Of a DNA stretch of 64,000 bases, positions 28,955 to 39,665 are shown in pieces (the stretch's first letter is position 1; each line of letters opens with the position of its first letter). The stretch covers positions 544,001-608,000 of the forward strand of contig OZ241456.1 in assembly GCA_965200875.1 (NCBI GenBank), read 5' to 3'. This stretch comes from Bdellovibrionales bacterium (GTDB lineage Bacteria; Bdellovibrionota; Bdellovibrionia; Bdellovibrionales; UBA1609). The translations under genes and the position numbers were made by a program. Below the pieces are notes generated by a model. The model worked only from the letters and a program-made list of their open reading frames with translations, was not told where the DNA came from and searched no databases.

Positions 28955-31900
28955 GTTGATACTCCAAGTCCAACCCTATGGTGTTGGGATTTTTGTCTTT
29001 GTTATCCTGCTCTGAGGTTTCATTCTCCCACAGACCAATGAGGGATATGTTTTTGTTTATTTTATATTTTGCCCTTACATCACTTTCTCTGGTTTCATCC
29101 AACAGGGTATGACTGGATGAGAGGTTCAGCCTGTTAAACATTCTTTTTCTTACAATGAGTTTTGTGGCAGTAGTATTAGTTTTTGAGCTGATATGTGGAA
29201 CAATTAAAAATTGGTCCACCAACCCTAAAGTGTCTGTCAATTCCTGGCCAATGGCTTTCTGAAAAAGAACAGGCCCTAGATGATAATAAGAATATTTTGC
29301 AATATTGTTTAAAGGATTTCCTGGTTCAAATTTCACTGCGCGCGCTCCGAAAGTCAAAAGGGATACGATTTCATTTTCTGTCATAGCTGGTGTACTGGTC
29401 AGCCTAAACACTGGTGCACTTCCTCGGCCTTTTACCCGGAGTAAGATTTTATATTCATTGGAGAAGTTGGTGGTTTCATTGTTTTCCTGTAAAAGGGTAT
29501 TAGCTCTTAAATTAATTAAAGGGTTAGAAGGTTTATCATGGGAATATGAAATCCTAGAAAATTGAATATCAAACTCACGATCTCTAAAATTAATTTTTCC
29601 GCCGGGAAGGCTTTTTAAAACCCCAGATAGAGAAGGACGAAGAGGAGATCCTGTTATTCGCATTTTTCCGATAAAGTCGGACTTCATCGTGGAGTTTTCT
29701 ATGCGCAGAGGTTTTTTAAGACGAAAATTAAAGCTCATTTTAACAGGTGAAAAACTTTCTTTGTTTTCCTCCAAAGGAAAAAGGCGGGGGCTTATTTGTA
29801 CCTGATCCGGTCGTTTTGATATAAACTCTTTTTCTATTATGGAGTTTTCCATATCTGCGGTTATTCCCAAAGTATATGGAAAACCACTACCGGTCAGGGA
29901 TATCCGGCCTGAACCATTGGTGCGGATTCCTTGCAAAGAATCAAACTGCACCCGTTTAAAAAAACCTTTTATGTTAACCTGTGGTTTTGCCGGATTAAAA
30001 AAACTCAAATCACCATTGGCTTGTAAAGCCCCTCCTCCTATTTTTGTACGAAGAGACTGGAAAATAAGTTTGTTATTTTCAATTTTTATGTGTGAAGATA
30101 ACTCTTCAAAAGGTTCTATGCGAGGGTGTATCTGCACAACTCCGTTTCTGATTTTTAAAAATCCAGTGGGGGAGAGCTGAGATAATCGTGCCGTTAAAGA
30201 AATATCAGTATTTATATTACCTTCCCATGTTCTCATAAATGGAAATAAAAATATAAAAAAATCCAGTTTGGCATTGCCACTAACACTAATTTGATCCTTT
30301 TCCTGTTGGATAATGTGTAAGGTATCCTCTCCTGATTTCAAAACTATTGATCCTGTTTGAATATGCCCGTTTTTCAAATCGATGGAAAAAGGGGCTTGAT
30401 TGGTCAGGTCGTAGGAGTTTGCATGTACAAACAACTTATTTATTTTAATATGACCGGTAGCGGACTTGAAAAACTGATCTCTTTGATAAGAAAGATGTAC
30501 CGCTCCAGTTATCCGGGATTGAAACTGGCTGTAGAGTTGAGTGGACTCCCCTTTGGAGAAAAATATTTCTTTGATATTCAGATTGTTTGTAGTAGCTTTT
30601 AACTCCACAAGCCCAGTTTTTTTATAAGGAAAAACCAGATTTTGAATCTCCAACTTGTTGGAGATCGTTCCTTTTGCCTCCGTCTGGTGTTCCCTTATTC
30701 TTAAAATGAGACGAGAGTTACCAAAAGGATATCCCTTGTAAAAGGAGTTTTTAATGTGCACTATCGCTGTGGTTACAGGCTTCAGCCAAAAACCTTTCAG
30801 GTTCATAGTAAAATCGATTACCCCGGTTGTTTCGAGACCTGTGATCCTTGAAATATTAAAAGACTCATGTAAATAAAGTTTTTCTCCCGTTATTTTTGCA
30901 AGCATCTTTCCTTTAGGATCCACTGTTCCCTGAAAAATAATTTTTCCGTCATTTTTCAGAAATTCCACTTTTTTGGTTTTCACATAACCCTTTTTTGCTC
31001 CCAGCTGAATGTCTACACTATTGAAATGTTCCTTTTTCACAGTCACTTTAAAAAACTGGGATTGTAAATTATAGTTCATTTTATTGATTTTCAGAGGGCC
31101 GTCTAGGTAAACAGCGAGAGTGCCTGCGCCCGTTACTTCAAATGGTAAAGATACTCTGTTCTTCACGGCGTACTGTAAATTTTCTAAGTTAACGCGAGGA
31201 AAGTGCGTGAAAAGCTTTATTGTGTTTTCAAAAATATTAATGCTGATATTACCTTTATATTGAGAGGTTTTAATCTGACCAGTGATTTTTCGAAAACGAA
31301 GAACTCCCTTCTCTGTGTAATTCAACAAAGTGGTTCCATTTCCTATACGAAACTGACTGAGAGAAAGCTGTTTAAAATCCAACTGTGATTGAATTTGTAA
31401 TTTCTGTTTATACACTGTTAAATTCCCTTTTTGGATATTCACCACTCCTTTTGGATCCAAGTTGACTAAATTTTTAATATCAGAAAAATATATATCTCCA
31501 GAGTATTCGGAGGAAAAGTGGCGGGTTTGTTCCAGTCGACTTTCTATAATCAGTTTTGAACGAGCACCCAGCTCTGCCGTGGAATAAGCTCTAAAAATAT
31601 TGTCATTAAAGTGAATCTGACTGTTGAGTTTCAGTTTTGGTATATCTAGAACAGTCCATTCCCTCCCTCCGTAAACTGTGAATTTGTTAAAATAAGTATC
31701 TCCTTCACATTTAAGACCTTGCATTTCCAGAAGAGAACCATTGCATTGCCACTTTCCATTTATTATGGAAGAAACAGGGATATTTTTTAATTTGAACATT
31801 TTAAACAATTCATTTAATTGACTGTTCCTGATATCAGCCTCTACCTTGAATCTGTAAGGTTTTTTTAAATGTATTTTTGATTGTTTCAAGTCAATATGCC

Positions 31901-32915
31901 ATAGACCTGCGTGACCAATTTGAAACTGAGAAAGAGAAATAATTTGATTTTTAACAGTGCCTTTGATTTGAACTTGAGAGAGAAAAATATCTCGGACAAA
32001 ACACTTTTCGATGGAAAGGCTGAGATGGCCACCGAGAAGAGAATTTTTTTTGTGATGTAAATCGCTTTTTAAAGTTATTTTTCCTCTAAGCGGGTTTTCA
32101 AAATCAGGATCAAAGATACGGACAAAAGCTGTAAGCTCCCTTGAAAAAAAAGAACCAGCAACTTGTGTTCGTCCCTGTTGGATTGTTTGTGACTCTATAA
32201 TATCTCCTGTTGCCATAGAAGAAACACTTAACCAAGAGTGTTTGTTTTTTATACTAAACTGGTTTACATGGATTTTTTTCGGCTTTATTGTTATGTCCGT
32301 GTAAAGCGAAAAAATTGGTAAAGATTTTACTTTCATAAAATCTGTGTCAATATTTACGGTGATTTTAGAGGCTTTCAGATTAATATGAGCCTTTAAATTC
32401 TTGGTGGATACCTCACCCGCACGAGTGTTAAAAGTTACATTTGTTCGTGTTAGGACGACCCGGCTTACAGGAGATTGTTTAAGAGAGGATAGGGAGAAAG
32501 ACTTCTGCTGTGATTTTTTTTTACCAGTTCTTTGTTGCCAGCTGAGTTTCAGGTTTGATTCCAGTAAAGTGATTTTTGCAGATAATACTCCGGTTAAAAG
32601 TGCTCTGTAATCCGGTTCAGCAATCAAAGTTTTTATCGTGACAGGTTCTGCAAGAATATCGTTATCAGGAATATTTATTAATACCTTTTCTATTGTGGCT
32701 TTTAAAGGAATAAAGGAGACTGATATTTTATCCCATTTAAACTGTCCTGTTTTATCAGCTTTTGCTATTTCAGATTGAATGGTTTTAGAAATGTGTTTTA
32801 CGGCAATCTGCTTTGCTTTTTTATAAAGAGCACCGAAGCTGAACAGCAAAATAGCTGTTGTTAATAAAACAGTTAAGCTATAGAAAATAATTTTTTTTTT
32901 GGTCTTTTTAATCAA
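28944..32915 (-). CDS. tamB: Translocation and assembly module TamB
   Basis: N-terminal anchor, long beta-rich body, DUF490-like end (LTSTPAMTENEIVSLLTFG...GLDLEYQLDF). Confidence 0.88.
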   Translation of the reverse strand: MIKKTKKKIIFYSLTVLLTTAILLFSFGALYKKAKQIAVKHISKTIQSEIAKADKTGQFKWDKISVSFIPLKATIEKVLINIPDNDILAEPVTIKTLIAEPDYRALLTGVLSAKITLLESNLKLSWQQRTGKKKSQQKSFSLSSLKQSPVSRVVLTRTNVTFNTRAGEVSTKNLKAHINLKASKITVNIDTDFMKVKSLPIFSLYTDITIKPKKIHVNQFSIKNKHSWLSVSSMATGDIIESQTIQQGRTQVAGSFFSRELTAFVRIFDPDFENPLRGKITLKSDLHHKKNSLLGGHLSLSIEKCFVRDIFLSQVQIKGTVKNQIISLSQFQIGHAGLWHIDLKQSKIHLKKPYRFKVEADIRNSQLNELFKMFKLKNIPVSSIINGKWQCNGSLLEMQGLKCEGDTYFNKFTVYGGREWTVLDIPKLKLNSQIHFNDNIFRAYSTAELGARSKLIIESRLEQTRHFSSEYSGDIYFSDIKNLVNLDPKGVVNIQKGNLTVYKQKLQIQSQLDFKQLSLSQFRIGNGTTLLNYTEKGVLRFRKITGQIKTSQYKGNISINIFENTIKLFTHFPRVNLENLQYAVKNRVSLPFEVTGAGTLAVYLDGPLKINKMNYNLQSQFFKVTVKKEHFNSVDIQLGAKKGYVKTKKVEFLKNDGKIIFQGTVDPKGKMLAKITGEKLYLHESFNISRITGLETTGVIDFTMNLKGFWLKPVTTAIVHIKNSFYKGYPFGNSRLILRIREHQTEAKGTISNKLEIQNLVFPYKKTGLVELKATTNNLNIKEIFFSKGESTQLYSQFQSRITGAVHLSYQRDQFFKSATGHIKINKLFVHANSYDLTNQAPFSIDLKNGHIQTGSIVLKSGEDTLHIIQQEKDQISVSGNAKLDFFIFLFPFMRTWEGNINTDISLTARLSQLSPTGFLKIRNGVVQIHPRIEPFEELSSHIKIENNKLIFQSLRTKIGGGALQANGDLSFFNPAKPQVNIKGFFKRVQFDSLQGIRTNGSGRISLTGSGFPYTLGITADMENSIIEKEFISKRPDQVQISPRLFPLEENKESFSPVKMSFNFRLKKPLRIENSTMKSDFIGKMRITGSPLRPSLSGVLKSLPGGKINFRDREFDIQFSRISYSHDKPSNPLINLRANTLLQENNETTNFSNEYKILLRVKGRGSAPVFRLTSTPAMTENEIVSLLTFGARAVKFEPGNPLNNIAKYSYYHLGPVLFQKAIGQELTDTLGLVDQFLIVPHISSKTNTTATKLIVRKRMFNRLNLSSSHTLLDETRESDVRAKYKINKNISLIGLWENETSEQDNKDKNPNTIGLDLEYQLDF

Positions 32916-33957
32916 GATTTTCTGCTCCTGTTTCCCATTGTTTTAGCAAATGGTGGGTGAGACGATAGTTGGGACGGACTTTCAATAAATGAGATAAAAT
33001 ATCTTTTGCTTTTTTCTTTTTTCCCAGACCGTAGTAAGCTTTTGCCCGAATGTATGTCAAGGCAAAAACTGTTTCCGGATCGTGATTGTATCTTACTTCC
33101 ATTGTGTCCAAAAAACTTAAACAGTCCAAATAAAGCGCGCTTTGTAAAAGCAAATCCAAATAAAGCCATTGAGCAGAAACAGTATTCAAGTGAGATTTTA
33201 GGATTTGCAATGCCAGATGAGGGTAACTCGCGAATGAGAAAAGCAACGCCATATCGTAGCTCTTTTCGGGAGTGTCTTTTAACATTTTTTTTATGGATTT
33301 TGATATTTTCTCTGCTTGTTGTTTTTCTTTTTCCGAAGGAAGATGAGAGATATTATGTTTATTTAACAGATTGGTTTTCTTTTGCTGGATTATGTGTCTG
33401 CCCCACTTTTCCCGAAATTGGATCCATTTTTCCTGTACCTCAGGGTTTTCAGGTTCCAGTTTTTTTAATTTTTTAAGTATCTCCTCTTCTTTTTTTAAGA
33501 TCCCCTGTGACTGGATAAACTCCAGATCTTCTGTATATTTGATAAAAGCTCGGTTTTTTTTTCTGCTGATTTGTTTGATCATTTTAGTTTTCAGTTCTTT
33601 CAGTTCTGGATGATATTTATCCCAGCTATGACTGGTTATCAGAGCCGGGATTTGTTTTTGCTCCAAAATTCCTTTTATGAAGACCGCTCTTTTTTCTTTG
33701 GGAATGAGGATATCCTGAGACTCCAAAATTTCAATGATAAAAGCCCAAGGGACCACTTCCTTTTTTTTTAGCCGGGAAATGGCTGTTTCCATTATTAATT
33801 TATTCTGACCAGCTTGATACATAAACCGACATATAGCCAAAAAACTCTCTGTATCTTTGGATAATTTTTTCTTTCCAAGAAGGTATCTGGCAATAGTGGC
33901 AGAGCTATGCCCTGAAGATAACATCTTTTGGATTTTTTTTTCGATTACGGCAACCAT
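32908..33957 (-). CDS. Hypothetical protein with C-terminal TPR
   Basis: YIRAKAYYGLGKKKKAKDIL...RPNYR. Confidence 0.65.
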   Translation of the reverse strand: MVAVIEKKIQKMLSSGHSSATIARYLLGKKKLSKDTESFLAICRFMYQAGQNKLIMETAISRLKKKEVVPWAFIIEILESQDILIPKEKRAVFIKGILEQKQIPALITSHSWDKYHPELKELKTKMIKQISRKKNRAFIKYTEDLEFIQSQGILKKEEEILKKLKKLEPENPEVQEKWIQFREKWGRHIIQQKKTNLLNKHNISHLPSEKEKQQAEKISKSIKKMLKDTPEKSYDMALLFSFASYPHLALQILKSHLNTVSAQWLYLDLLLQSALYLDCLSFLDTMEVRYNHDPETVFALTYIRAKAYYGLGKKKKAKDILSHLLKVRPNYRLTHHLLKQWETGAENLD

Positions 33958-33970
33958 ATTTATATTCCAT

Positions 33971-34540
33971 TTATTTGCCCGATTTTACTCTTTCAATATA
34001 AGAGCCGTCACTGGTATTGACTTTAATAACATCATTTATATTCAAATAAAGAGGTACTTGCAGAGAAAGTCCTGTTTCCAAAGTAGCCGGTTTTGTTACA
34101 TTGGCAGCTGTATTTCCTTTTAGTCCAGGATCGGTTTCGGTAATTTTCAGCGAAACAGTTTTTGGCAGTTCCACTCCCACAGCCTCCCCATTTAACACGC
34201 AGATTTTTACAGTAATGTTTTCCTTTAGAAAATAAGCTGATGATCCTATGGATTTTGCATTAATGGTAATTTGCTCGTAAGAGGAGTTATCCATAAAATA
34301 GAAGTCATTTTCGTCTTTATACAGAAAATTCATTTCTTTGTAAGTGACATCCGGGATTGCAAATTTTTCTCCCGAACGAATCGTGAGATCAATACAGGAA
34401 CCTGTGATAAGGTGCTTTAATTTTGTTCTGGTGAATTGATTACCTTTCCCGGGTTTTACATGCTGAAAATCAACAATGGAATAAGGTTCTCCTTTTACCA
34501 GAATCTTTAAACTTTTCTTAAAATGGCTGGTGTTGATCAT
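33971..34540 (-). CDS. efp: Elongation factor P
   Basis: FQHVKPGKG, TDPGLKGNT, KPATLETG, VNTSDGSYIER. Confidence 0.97.
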   Translation of the reverse strand: MINTSHFKKSLKILVKGEPYSIVDFQHVKPGKGNQFTRTKLKHLITGSCIDLTIRSGEKFAIPDVTYKEMNFLYKDENDFYFMDNSSYEQITINAKSIGSSAYFLKENITVKICVLNGEAVGVELPKTVSLKITETDPGLKGNTAANVTKPATLETGLSLQVPLYLNINDVIKVNTSDGSYIERVKSGK

Positions 34541-35432
34541 AACTTTTGCTGACTTGAGATTGCTCGATACGCGTTAAAAGCTTATGCAGTTTCTGGATTT
34601 TTTGTTGTTTTTTTTTGGATTTTGAAAAATATGTTTCAGTGACAGTTATTTTTCTATCCATGTTTCCTTTCATATTTCCTTTTTCCACCTGAAAGGACTC
34701 ATTTGTGGAGGGAAGTTTTGCTTCCAAAGCCTGAATATGTGCTTTCCATTGCTGATGGTTGTAAATATTTTTCATCTCCATAATAAACTGTCTGGCTTTG
34801 GGAAACTCTTTTCTGTAGATTAAAGCCTCCACCATTGCACTTCGGGCGAAAAACTGTTGTTTTTCTCTTTTAGAATATGTTTTCGGCACGGGGTGTAAAG
34901 TGGGAGGTTCTTTGCTCTTTGTATCCGGTGGAGAAATATATTGTGCCACTTCTCTTAAGGTTTTAAAGGAAAAACCGGTGCTGTCATATTGAACAGATGT
35001 CATTGTCTCCAGTTTTTTCAGGATATTTTTCGCGGGTTTGTTTTCAGGATCCAAAAATAAGACCATCTTATAGGCTCTGAGAGTTTTTTCCGGGTTCTTC
35101 AGCCTGAGCCAGATTTGTCCCAAGGTTTTATAAGCAAAAATATTTTCTGGGGCAAGTTCTATGGCTTTTTCCAACGATTCCGCGGCCATTTCCAGTTTAT
35201 TCATATCCAAAAGAGTAAGAGCTAACGCAATATGTCCTAATACAAATTGAGGGTGCTCCTGCACACCTCTCCGGCAAAGATTGAAAGCTTTGTCTATTTC
35301 CCCCTTTTTTCGGTAAAGGTCAGCCAAAAGGGCAAATACTTTGGATCTGGGATTTTTTTTGTAAATCATCAGATACCGTTTCATTTTCATTACAGAGCTA
35401 TTAATAGGTTCCATTGCTCCTAATGGTGACAT
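34518..35432 (-). CDS. TPR-repeat protein
   Basis: NPRSKVFALLADLYRK and further TPR helices. Confidence 0.85.
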   Translation of the reverse strand: MSPLGAMEPINSSVMKMKRYLMIYKKNPRSKVFALLADLYRKKGEIDKAFNLCRRGVQEHPQFVLGHIALALTLLDMNKLEMAAESLEKAIELAPENIFAYKTLGQIWLRLKNPEKTLRAYKMVLFLDPENKPAKNILKKLETMTSVQYDSTGFSFKTLREVAQYISPPDTKSKEPPTLHPVPKTYSKREKQQFFARSAMVEALIYRKEFPKARQFIMEMKNIYNHQQWKAHIQALEAKLPSTNESFQVEKGNMKGNMDRKITVTETYFSKSKKKQQKIQKLHKLLTRIEQSQVSKSYDQHQPF

Positions 35433-35526
35433 ATTTTGGTTTTTATTTCCAGAGGTTTTGTTATAATAAGTTTTTGTCTAAGCTTTTTTTAAAAAAAGGC
35501 AGGTTATTTAAACCGGGGAAAAATAA

Positions 35527-36078
35527 ATGATTGTGCTGGGCTTAGATCCAGGAACGGTGAGAACTGGTTTTGCTGTTGTAAAAGTAAAAACAGAAAAAAA
35601 TAATTTTTCTCTTTTAAACTCTGGAGTTTTATGTGTGGAGGCAAGTTGTCCTTTGGAACAAAGATTGCTGATAATTGGTCGAGGTCTGGAAAAAATTTAT
35701 CAACAATATGCTGTTTCGGATACAGCTATTGAACAAGTGTTCTTTGGAAAAAATCCAAATAGTGCTTTTAAGCTGGGTCAGGTCTTTGGATTGTGTGCCT
35801 ACCAAGCCCAACGCGCCGGTTCAGCAGTTTTTCCTTATGCGGCCCGTTATATTAAAAAAGCAGTTACTGGTTCTGGCAGTGCGGCTAAGAAAGCTGTGCA
35901 AATATATGTTCTAAATATTTTTGGAATCAAGCAGGATACAGCAGTCAGTTCTTCTGTTAAAACTACAGATGCCACCGATGCTTTGGCGGTTGCTCTGTGT
36001 CATATTTATGAAACACAAATTCCGAATTTAGAATCTCTTTCCTCCTCTGTTCAAATGAATGTAAAAGACAGGAGATAA
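35527..36078 (+). CDS. ruvC: Crossover junction endodeoxyribonuclease
   Basis: LGLDPGT, AIEQVF, IKKAVTGSGSA, DATDALAVALCH. Confidence 0.97.
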   Translation: MIVLGLDPGTVRTGFAVVKVKTEKNNFSLLNSGVLCVEASCPLEQRLLIIGRGLEKIYQQYAVSDTAIEQVFFGKNPNSAFKLGQVFGLCAYQAQRAGSAVFPYAARYIKKAVTGSGSAAKKAVQIYVLNIFGIKQDTAVSSSVKTTDATDALAVALCHIYETQIPNLESLSSSVQMNVKDRR

Positions 36079-36081
36079 TCC

Positions 36082-36660
36082 ATGATCGCATTTTTAAAAG
36101 GCATGATTAAAGAAATAGAGGGAGACAGGATTATCTTGGATGTAAACAATGTTGGTTACGAAGTTTACTCCTCTTCCAAGACCCAAAAGGATCTGTTTAT
36201 CTCTGAAATGGCAGAGCTTTGGATTTACACTCATGTTAAGGAGGATTCTTTTAAACTTTTTGGCTTTTCCCATAAAGCGGAGCGAAAAATTTTTTTGGCG
36301 TTTATTGGAATAAATGGAATAGGTCCCAAAATGGCTTTATCTTTGCTTTCCTCCGCACCCTCATTGAAGAAATTATTAGATATGATTGAAGAAGAGGATG
36401 TAAGTGGTTTGACAAAGCTGCCTCGGGTTGGGAAAAAAAGTGCTCAGCAGATTATTTTAGCTTTAAAAGGTCAGCTGAAAGAGGGTTGGCTTGCACGCGG
36501 GGAAAAAAAGATTTTGGAGCGGAAGTTTTTAACTCAAACCCTTTTGAATTTGGGTTTTCGATCAGGAGAAATTCGATCTGCCTTGGATCAGATGAAAATA
36601 GGGGAAAATCCAGAAGAGGATTTAAAACAGGCACTTTCCTATTTGCAACCGGGGAAATAG
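36082..36660 (+). CDS. ruvA: Holliday junction branch migration protein RuvA
   Basis: MIAFLKG, VNNVGYEV, LFGF, GIGPKMAL, RVGKKSAQQI. Confidence 0.97.
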   Translation: MIAFLKGMIKEIEGDRIILDVNNVGYEVYSSSKTQKDLFISEMAELWIYTHVKEDSFKLFGFSHKAERKIFLAFIGINGIGPKMALSLLSSAPSLKKLLDMIEEEDVSGLTKLPRVGKKSAQQIILALKGQLKEGWLARGEKKILERKFLTQTLLNLGFRSGEIRSALDQMKIGENPEEDLKQALSYLQPGK

Positions 36661-36741
36661 TTTGATTTGAGCTTACAGTGGAACAGAAAAACGCCATTAA
36701 ACTTTATTTATCCGGTTCATTGTGATATTTATGCAGTTACA

Positions 36742-37503
36742 ATGAAGTTTATCTTTTTACTTATTGTCTTCTTATCTTTTCCCGTCCAAACCTTTGCACA
36801 ATCCAATGATCCTTTAGACCCAGAGCGAACCAGTTATGATATGTGTGGAACAACATATCGTGAATGGGTGATGTTGCCTTTAGAAGCATATCCTTGGGGC
36901 GTGTGTTTTTTTGAAAAACACGATGAGCATTCATATACTCTTTCAGAACAAGAAAGGATTTGGGCCAGGGAGGCTATGGAAATATGGAACACTGAGTATG
37001 TTAATTACCTATGGAGAAAGTGTAAAACTAGTGATGTTGTGAATATCCCTTCCGGGAAACTTTTTGTGGAATCTTGCGATAGTGACTTATACAATATTAT
37101 TTATGTGGGAAAAAAATCTTTGGGCAATATGGCGGGTTATTATTCACCAAGAGATTCTATGTGGGATTTTGTTAATTTTCATGGATTTATAGTGATAAAT
37201 AGTGATCAAAACTGGACGAGGGAGCATTTTATAAATGTTAAGATACATGAATTAGGTCATTCTCTTGCCCTTCCTCATGTTCCTAAGGAGAGTAAGAAGT
37301 CGCGTCTTCTGTGGCCTGCGGGTTTTGGGTGTAAATACAGGGAGAAGATTTGTGAGTTTCAAGACTATGATTTTGAGACTTTTATTGAGCCTTTTCCGGG
37401 AATCCCTATGATTAGAGTTAATCAAGGAATAATAGATGAACAAAGAGAATGGGCACAGAAACAAAATTGGTTAAATGGTGGATATGGTCGTCATTCAATG
37501 TAA
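36742..37503 (+). CDS. Secreted metzincin (matrixin-like) zinc metalloprotease
   Basis: HELGHSLALPH zinc motif; signal peptide from ATG 36742. Confidence 0.8.
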   Translation: MKFIFLLIVFLSFPVQTFAQSNDPLDPERTSYDMCGTTYREWVMLPLEAYPWGVCFFEKHDEHSYTLSEQERIWAREAMEIWNTEYVNYLWRKCKTSDVVNIPSGKLFVESCDSDLYNIIYVGKKSLGNMAGYYSPRDSMWDFVNFHGFIVINSDQNWTREHFINVKIHELGHSLALPHVPKESKKSRLLWPAGFGCKYREKICEFQDYDFETFIEPFPGIPMIRVNQGIIDEQREWAQKQNWLNGGYGRHSM

Positions 37504-37522
37504 TTAAATTTAGGAGGTATAA

Positions 37523-37867
37523 ATGAAATACATAATATCAATATTTTTTCTCTTTTTATTTGTGTCTTGCGATTGTAAGAAAATACCTTCCACTTTTATA
37601 GATAAACGATGCGAAAAAATTTTGGAGGACATGTGGGATAATGAGGAAAAAGGAGCTTGTGATTTGAAACCTGAGTACGCAGATAAGGACGATAAAGGGC
37701 AGTTAAAAGAGGGTTTAGGTTCTATCTCTGATTACATGTATAAAACAAAAGAAACTTGTTGGGCTTTTCTGAAAGCATTAGGCGATCGTTGTGATGCTTT
37801 ACCTCCACCTGGGCCTGACGACATTATTCAAACAAGCGGTTCAACTTTCGGTGGCGGGTGTAAATAA
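37523..37867 (+). CDS. Small Cys-rich lipoprotein (CDALPPPG motif)
   Basis: AGGAGG RBS, lipobox FVSC. Confidence 0.8.
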   Translation: MKYIISIFFLFLFVSCDCKKIPSTFIDKRCEKILEDMWDNEEKGACDLKPEYADKDDKGQLKEGLGSISDYMYKTKETCWAFLKALGDRCDALPPPGPDDIIQTSGSTFGGGCK

Positions 37868-37941
37868 AAACCTTTTCAAAAAACAAGCGAGCCAAACAGT
37901 CTAAAGTTAATCTGACCCATGATCGCGTATTATCAATCAAT

Positions 37942-38041
37942 TTATCGTCCCCATCAGTAATCACAAACTAAACCCAAAATTTTTTATTATCCAATATATC
38001 AGAAATTTTTTCATGCTTACGTGCTAAGCGACATAAGATCA
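37942..38041 (-). pseudogene. Fragment of a paralog of the ATPase partner gene (24524-25222)
   Basis: LILCRLARKHEKISDILDNKKFWV*FVITDGDD versus LILCRLARKYKKISNILDNKQYWFYFVINDGDN. Confidence 0.85.
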
Positions 38042-38077
38042 GCTGTTGCTCCTCTAACGAAAACTTACGCAAATACA

Positions 38078-39043
38078 TCATAGCTGTTTCACTTTCCTTT
38101 TTTTCAACTTTTTGATTTCTTCCACGGAGAGACCTGTATGTTTGGCGATAAACTTCATATTGACACCATTTTTCAACATACTAATAATCAGCTTATTTCT
38201 GCCTTCGGCTTCACCTTCGGCTCTGCCTTCGGCTTTTCCTTCAGCTCTGCCTTTAGCTTCACCTTTGGCTTCACCTTGTTCAAAGACATAAGCTTCTCTC
38301 GCCACTCGATCTCGGCGGTTTTTTTCCTTGGCATCTGCTATAATCTGCTGTTGCTCCTCTAACGAAAACTTACGCAAATACATCATAGCCTCCTTCCAAT
38401 CAGAATCTTTATCCAAAAGCTTCTGATAATCCTTATTTTTTATGCTGTTTGACCTCTTTAAAATATAACACCATAGCTCCTGAAAATCAATCGAAGAACT
38501 TACATCATCCTGACGAAACTTGTTTAATTCCACTGTCACAAAACACAAATCCTTGTTAAAAGGAAAATGTGGTGGCTTGCTCGAACGAATATCAAAAGAG
38601 TTGTAAAACCCTTCTCGACCAGGGAATAGGTCAAACATACTGAATATCAAAGAATATGCTGGACAGAGTTTTGTATATTCTTCTCCTTCTTTTAATTGAG
38701 ATACATAATTTTTGGCCCAATAGAACAATACTCTTTCAGAAAAACCTGGATGAAAAAAAGTCTGCATTTCCACATTAACCAATTCTCCGGTATTGAGCTG
38801 AAGTCTAAGGTCCATAATGGCACTTTTGTCTTCTTCCTTCATGGAAGGGAGAAAGGAGTCCAGTAAAGTTACTTGTTGGATGGAGCTTTTTTCAGGGAGT
38901 GGGAGGAAAGCTTTAAGAAGAGATTTTAAAGCGGGCTTACAAAGTTTAAAGTAGTTTTTAAAGTTTCCATTTTTAGTTAAGTTGACCAACAAAGAGTGTT
39001 TTTTTTCTTTGTTTTTGCTTATTTTTTTCTTTGTTTTTTGCAT
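38078..39043 (-). CDS. Rpn family PD-(D/E)XK nuclease / putative transposase (Rpn-2)
   Basis: MDLRLQL...VNVEMQ, RVLFYWAKNY, GEAKG/AEG repeats, C-terminal HTH. Confidence 0.93.
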   Translation of the reverse strand: MQKTKKKISKNKEKKHSLLVNLTKNGNFKNYFKLCKPALKSLLKAFLPLPEKSSIQQVTLLDSFLPSMKEEDKSAIMDLRLQLNTGELVNVEMQTFFHPGFSERVLFYWAKNYVSQLKEGEEYTKLCPAYSLIFSMFDLFPGREGFYNSFDIRSSKPPHFPFNKDLCFVTVELNKFRQDDVSSSIDFQELWCYILKRSNSIKNKDYQKLLDKDSDWKEAMMYLRKFSLEEQQQIIADAKEKNRRDRVAREAYVFEQGEAKGEAKGRAEGKAEGRAEGEAEGRNKLIISMLKNGVNMKFIAKHTGLSVEEIKKLKKRKVKQL

Positions 39044-39300
39044 AATATACTCCTTGTTTAAAAGTTATTGATTCTTCTTTATGCAAAATCGGGATCGTTC
39101 AAAATAGGCTATTTAAAGGATTTTGAGGGAGTAAAAATTCGAGATTCGAATTTTGCCGAATATTCCGAATTTTGAATAAAGTGTCAGGGAAAAAGCTCTT
39201 ACCAATACCCACCGTGAAGTGAGTTCGGCTTTAAACCCGTCGCTGTAATATTGATAATTATACCAACTACATAAATAGGAGTGGAGAGCATAAGTGCGAT

Positions 39301-39498
39301 TTGACAGGGGTGGTTTTTAGGGGATATTTGAGCTATGCGAATTTTAGCAGAGCGGATTTGACAGTGGCGAATTTGATCGGTGCGATTTTGAGCAATGCGG
39401 ATTTGCCAGTGGCGAATTTTTCCAAGGCGAAAGTTGATTACTTCTTTGGGAATTATTTAACCAAACAAGGTATCAGTGGTTTTGTTGTTGTAGAATAA
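39301..39498 (+). pseudogene. Pentapeptide-repeat protein, C-terminal remnant
   Basis: ANFSR ADLTV ANLIG AILSN ADLPV ANFSK repeats; no good start. Confidence 0.65.
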
Positions 39499-39665
39499 AC
39501 TTTTACTGCCGAACAGGTAAATAAATTTCTACTATTGGAGTACGCGGATATGAACAATAAATACAAAATATAGGCCACAGTTTCACTATTTTATAATTGC
39601 TTCTTTCTTGACGCGTATATGTAAGTCACTTATCGTTTAGGAGTGAAGTTTATGGAGAAGGAAAA

